Below, in pieces: positions 57,081 through 64,000 of a stretch of 64,000 nucleotides of DNA (its first letter is position 1; each line of letters opens with the position of its first letter). This DNA is from the human T2T-CHM13v2.0 reference genome, Homo sapiens, in assembly GCF_009914755.1 (NCBI RefSeq), contig NC_060938.1. One strand, given 5' to 3'. The position numbers were made by a program, and so were the translations under genes. Below the pieces are notes generated by a model. It was not told where the DNA came from and did no database searches. It saw only the letters and a program-made list of their open reading frames with translations.

Positions 57081-60000
57081 GTGTTGCTGCTATCACTGTA
57101 ACCTGGTTGTTCACTTTACCATCATTAGGTATACACACCGAGCCTAATCTCTCTTGGTATGAGTCCTATCTCCCATGCTGCAGCTGTTTCTCTTTCCTCC
57201 TGCTCTATTCTGATATCTGGCAGAGTTGCACTGCAATGAATTTATGTGGCAGGCCAGAAAGGGAGAGAAGATGCATAGACATGAGGCATCGGAAAATGTC
57301 TCTCCATTCTGCTATTATTGTCTACATGGCTTGAACCCACTGGGCTCTGCATTCACCTTCTGATTCTTCTCTCTTAGACCTGGACATCTGGGCATTTGAG
57401 TCCTAGTGTCCCTGGACCAACATCAACGCCTAAAACTAGAGGCTTAACATTAGTAGTGAACTCCAAATAGGACCATTACATCGGCCAAAGCATGGTACCA
57501 ATATAGTATTGTACAAATATCTTCTATCAAATCAAGACATTGTCAATTACAAAACACATCATTATCTTATGTGCCTCTTGAAAATTTAAATTGCCAATTA
57601 AATTATGACATATTGCTAGTAAGACACATTCTGATTTCAGAAGGGTAAATAATTCAAAAATGCATCTAAGAATTAATGTAGTACAATAGAACATTTCTCT
57701 TGGAGAAACATACAAAGTACAAAATATGGCTCTTGTTCCAGTTTATCGGAGTACTGCACAGAGCCTGGTAGGTAGTAAATAAATATTTGTAAATGAATAA
57801 ATATATGCATGAATAAACAGATTTCCTATCAGCCACATTATAATGAGGTTCTATCATTTTAAAAGGAAAGTTGCCACAGTGGAAAAATCATGCAAAAAAA
57901 TTGAAGTTAAATACTCATCATTTCACATTTAAAATTCACTTAAAACAATAAACTTCACTTCAAACATTTGTTGCCACTAGGTTGGAGATCTAGATCCATT
58001 AATAGATTCCAAAAGTTTAGTGTCTACTTAATAGTGAGTTTGAAATTGGACACTATTTTTAAGTGCAGCATCCAGGACCATAAAACGTAACGTGCCTATT
58101 GAGAAACATCTGGCAGCATTCTCAGGGCACAGTTTTGGTTCCTATTAGCTAGGAGACAGCGTTGGTGGTTTTGATAACAGAGAATACAGATCCCTTTAAC
58201 AGTAACTTCTCCTTTCATTTGTACCCTAAATTGTCTGTCGACTTCCAGCTGTTTCCTGGCACTTAACCAATCCCAGTGATGATGGGGATGAAGGCCAGTG
58301 AGTCACGATCCCCAAAAAATTTTCCTTTAAAAGAATTCAGCCTCCACTTCCTGCCCAGAGCAGCTCCCAAGAATTGCTTTGCCCTATTCATTGCAGTCAG
58401 GATTGGCGCATTTCATCCCAGGTACTACAGAGATAGACATTATATAAAATAGATAAATTAAAAAACAACAGATGAAAGAACTATGCATGAAAATGAATGG
58501 ATGTGGGAGATGCAGACTTAGACGTTTCTCTGAGGAAATTTCCAGTGGGCCACCCTTCTCTTCGTTCTGCAGTGGGAATACCAAATCTCAAAGCTGCTCG
58601 TTATGCGTTCATCTGCTCTTTGCCTAAAGGTATGCCCAGGAGAGTCATTTCTGTGTAAAGGCAGAATTGCATCCACAGCCACCAACCGTAAGATCTTTTC
58701 AGGTAGAAAACAAGAGATTGAAATAGAGGAATCCTGGCATGTAAGTATCCCAAAATATAAGGAAATTGAAAAGGAACTACCTATTTTATGTATAAAAATG
58801 AGTTACTCAAATGACTTTTCATAGAATATTATTGGCCAGTTCCCAGGACACAGTACCCTTGTACAAGTCAAAATTAATATCGTCCACGTTCAGTGCAACC
58901 TCTGCACCTCTCCAGCATGAAAAGCCAAACAGAAATTGTATGGCTATTTATCCTTGAGTATACTTAAAGACAAAAATAAAAGGAATTAACTACAGTGTGG
59001 ACTGCCTCTGTTCTTTCCCAGTGAATAATCTGTAAAACGCCTTCCCCTCCTCATCCATCACCTACTGGAACTGCGATCATTATCTTCTTTCCCCTACCAT
59101 ACAATCACCATCCTCCACTGCTCCACGCCTTAGAGATGCCCCACCTCTCCTCCTCGTAATTTCGGAGAAATGATTGACTCCACTATGCCAGTGGCTAGTG
59201 GGTCCTCAGCCCTCTCAGTGACTATTTAAACCTTTCTTTTTCACTCCTCCAGTGCCCCCCTAGCCCAGACCTTTGCTATGGTGACTACTCACAAATTCAT
59301 TGTTTCTCACCCAGATTGCTGCAGTTTCTCCCTAAGAGTATTTAGCTTGCAGTTATTTGTCCCTCTGACTTAAATTATGTACGCCCAGCTAGTGTAGCCT
59401 TCCATGGCTCCTGATCATCTGTGAAAATAAATCCATGTTCAACCTAGCATGTAAGGTATCCATAAGACCCCAACCTTCCTTTCCACCTTCATGCCCCCAA
59501 CATCACCACCAAACAACGGAGACTTGCTCTTCTCCTCACAGGTGCCTCAGTTTCCCTCTCTGTTGTCATGATGATGCCCTTCCCTCTGCTGAACACCCTC
59601 CATCACTGCCTTTTGTATGATCCCATCTTTTAAAGTTCATCTGAAATGACACATCTTCTAGGAAGCCTTCCCTGGTCCCCAAAGCTGGCTATAAACTCTT
59701 CCTCCCGTAAGTACCGAATACATGTCATTGCATCTCTCTTACAGTCCTTATTCCACTCTGTCTCCCACTTCATACTTTGGTTTCTGGTTTAACACTCCCT
59801 AAGACACTTTAATTTCCTTAATATCTGCAAAAGTGTCATATAGTATCTGGCAAATACTTGTTGAAGTGAACTGAATTTGAGGAGAGCTTACCCTTGGGTT
59901 CCAGAGTGGCAGCTCACTCAGCTGACCAGTGGCAGAGCTGATATCAGATGGCTTATCTAAAAGCTGCTTTACATGGCAGAGATTGGACCTGTCAGGCCTA

Positions 60001-60179
60001 CATCTCACTTTCTCATTGGTGTGCCATTCTCTCTCTGCTTTGCTCCAAATCTATTAAGAGTAAGGACTGCATCATATGTTCATCTCCTCCATCACAAGGG
60101 CTTGCACACAGTAAGTATCTAATAAATGTATCTGGCTCCTATTTATTCAGTTTCATCATGTCACAGTTAGAAAGCTGTA

Positions 60180-60580
60180 ACAGTGCCTTGGGTATTCCCA
60201 AAAGTGTAGCACATGAACCATAGGTACACAAGACAGCATTAGGTAACACACATATGCAACATTTTTTTAATGGCCGCAGGTTTAATTTACTGTGCATTTG
60301 GAAAAATAGAACTAGCACAGAATACCTATGATTTCATAGGTACTAGTGCTTGGGGTAAGGCTACATTTATTTAAGATTTAAGGGGTTAAATTTAAAGAAA
60401 AGCATTCAGTAAACAATGATAAGTTTATTGCATAGGGCAAAGCTAAATTTAAGTTTTTAAAAGTGAAATCAACTTACAGAAAATATTAAGTATATAGTGA
60501 CACAGCTGATATCTAAATATGGCCACCAAAAAATTAAAAAGTGAAGATGGCATAGGAAAGGCCGACGTTTAAGAAACCCT
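60180..60580. mobile_element. Probable old hAT DNA transposon fragment (MER113-like)
   Basis: AT-rich with a hAT-like end (gtttaagaaaccct). Family assignment is tentative. Confidence 0.35.
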
Positions 60581-61589
60581 TCCCTAACTGGGCCTGAATC
60601 TGGTTTTGCTCTCAAATGCACCCACTGCAATATTTATCCCTCACAAATATTCCTTCATGTAACATCAGTACTCAGAAACCCCAAATAGCTCCCGGCCAGC
60701 CTAATCTCACTTCCTCTACTGACAGTTCTCATTTCCCTAATTCTCTTTGCCGATTCCCCTCTGATTCCTCCCCACTGGGTCTCAGCCCTTTCTATCCCTT
60801 GAGCAAAACTTGCAAATATGCACCATCTTACCAGTGCTTAAAACCATCTTCCTCCCCTCTCTTCTCCACCAATCCACATACATTCCCTTCCCTGAGTAAC
60901 GAAAGTTCAAAACCACCTACTTCTTCTACTTCTCATTCTTATCCATCTTGTGCCACACGTCCTTCATCAATCACATTAACTGTCTTTACTTGTGACTTTG
61001 CATTTATTCACATGTATGTTTCATCACTCCAATTACACTCTGAACTCAGCAAAGGCAAAGACTATGTCCTTGATGTTGTGTGAGGTCTCAGTCATCCTAC
61101 AAGAGTAGGCTAAGCATATACCACAAGCACTAAACATATGTCCCATAATATGAGAAACCAAAGGCCAACATGCCAGAAAACATTTAACACTGGGTTCTCT
61201 CCTAGCTTGTCAAACATGAAACTTGGTTTAGGAAGCACCTGCTCACTACGTAATTCAAGTGGGGTTCTTACTGCACTCATCACAAAGACTGAGTTTTAAT
61301 AGCTTTCCTGGACAATGAACCTGGCTCATCATAAGAATGCATCTTTAGGGTATTTTAATAAGAAAATTGTTCAATCTGGATTCATTCCTAATGCTTCTTT
61401 TAAAGAACTCACCTATGCCTTCAAATGAATTGAATGAATGGAGTCCAGAATTCCAAAATTCAGAAGGTTTTGGACTGAAAATTAGTTTTATTTATCATAT
61501 GTTTTAAATAAATAAGAAATCATTTATCCTATATTAGGCTTCCTTTTCTCAATCTGTTAAGGGGTTCTCTGTCTTCATCTGAGCAAATA

Positions 61590-61900
61590 TAGACCAGTGG
61601 TTACAAATACGGACTTTGGATTCAGTCAGATCTAAGTTAGACTCTCAACTCTACCATTCACCAGCTCCAGGACCTTGTGGAAATTTATTTACTCACATAG
61701 CAAACATTAATCGAAAGCTACCATGTGCCAGGCACTTTGACTGACCTCCCTAAGTCTCAGTGTTCTGAGAATGAGAATAACATTCCTTGACAGTAGAGGC
61801 ATTGTCAGGACTTTTAATCTGTCAGAATTAAATATGATAATGTACGCAAAATGCCTGGCACTCTTCCAGGTTCATAGTAACAATAAATGTTAGTTATCAC
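61590..61900 (+). mobile_element. MIR, interrupted by a short L2-like piece
   Basis: ggactttggattcagtcagatct...aattaaatatgataatgtacgcaaaatgcctggcac. Confidence 0.65.
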
Positions 61901-62149
61901 TGTCATTATCACCATCATCATCATCATCATTATCATTATCTTGAGTCGTTGTAGAGCCTTTAGTGCTGCTAATTAAGTTCCCCTTCTTAAAACTCTCTCC
62001 TCCCTTGACTTCACAGAGATATCATTGTACTGTTTTTAGTTTATTAATTTTTAAAATTTTGAAATTTGGTTTATAAATTTTTTAGTTTTAGTTTATTAAA
62101 CTAACAAATAGAACTTTTTTTCAAAGAGTTAGAGGCATGATGCAGAGAC

Positions 62150-63490
<1,341 letters not shown>

Positions 63491-63499
63491 AGACACTGC

Positions 63500-63982
63500 C
63501 TGGCACTTTCACCTTAGGCGCTCCCCCTTCCTTTAACAGATCCAATTTTGGTTAAATGACAACATTTCAAAGAAGATGCGTCCCATTCACAGACTCAGGG
63601 GATGAATCTTAATTGGTCCAAGCCAATAAGGATAATACCATCCCCCTTTGCCAGGGATGAGTTTAGGGGGTGATATTTAAGAAATGTGCATGGGGCTTGC
63701 AGGGCAAAAAAAACATCCTCCATGATAAAAAGAAAAACACAGAGGCTACTTCACTCCCTTCCCTGCTTTTAGACGACATAATATCTGCTGATGTGATCAA
63801 GAGAGGCAGGGCAGGAAACTGAAGTCTGGGTCCTTGAAGGTGTTATGAAACACCCAAGCCAAGCCTGGAACATCCTTGTTCAGTGAGAACGTAACTCTCT
63901 TAACAGTCAATGTCCGTATTGTGTAAGTCACTTGTATCAGGACATTCTGCAACAGGCAGCTGAAAGCATCCTAACTGGTACT
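63500..63982 (+). mobile_element. Old MLT1 (K/L-like) LTR
   Basis: Ends with gcagctgaaagcatcctaactggtac, typical of old MLT1 LTRs. Confidence 0.55.
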
Positions 63983-64000
63983 TAAGATAAAAGGACAGAA

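Overview
Human (primate) genomic DNA: a 64 kb slice of the 5' half of KCNK10, the two-pore-domain K+ channel TREK-2/K2P10.1, on the minus strand. Three coding exons are readable with canonical splice sites. They are the TREK-2b first coding exon (31380-31431, MEDGFKGDRTEGCRSDS), the shared exon 2 (23845-24194, N-terminus, M1 and cap) and exon 3 (1344-1461, extracellular loop, pore helix 1, TTIG). The ORF track misses the first and third of these. I did not find the TREK-2a/2c first exons or exons 4 onward in the window. The rest is intron filled with about 25 Alus, MIR/L2/L1 fragments, MaLR/ERVL solo LTRs (THE1, MST, MLT1, MLT2) and DNA-transposon fossils (MER20, MER53, MER58). There is no CRISPR array, rRNA, tRNA or prokaryotic system. 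Main observations: (1) the TREK-2b first exon, its ATG and its splice donor appear to be built from an antisense LINE-2 fossil. (2) Out-of-frame ATGs around the weak TREK-2b start open a 62-codon overlapping ORF that stops 5 nt before the internal start Met60. (3) A back-spliced exon 2 circle would carry an ORF covering 345 of its 350 nt. (4) There are several DNA-repair and retrotransposition scars: a 5'-inverted AluY, a templated insertion inside an Alu, and a snap-back/duplication cluster. Repeat subfamily names come from recalled consensus sequences, and repeat boundaries are approximate.
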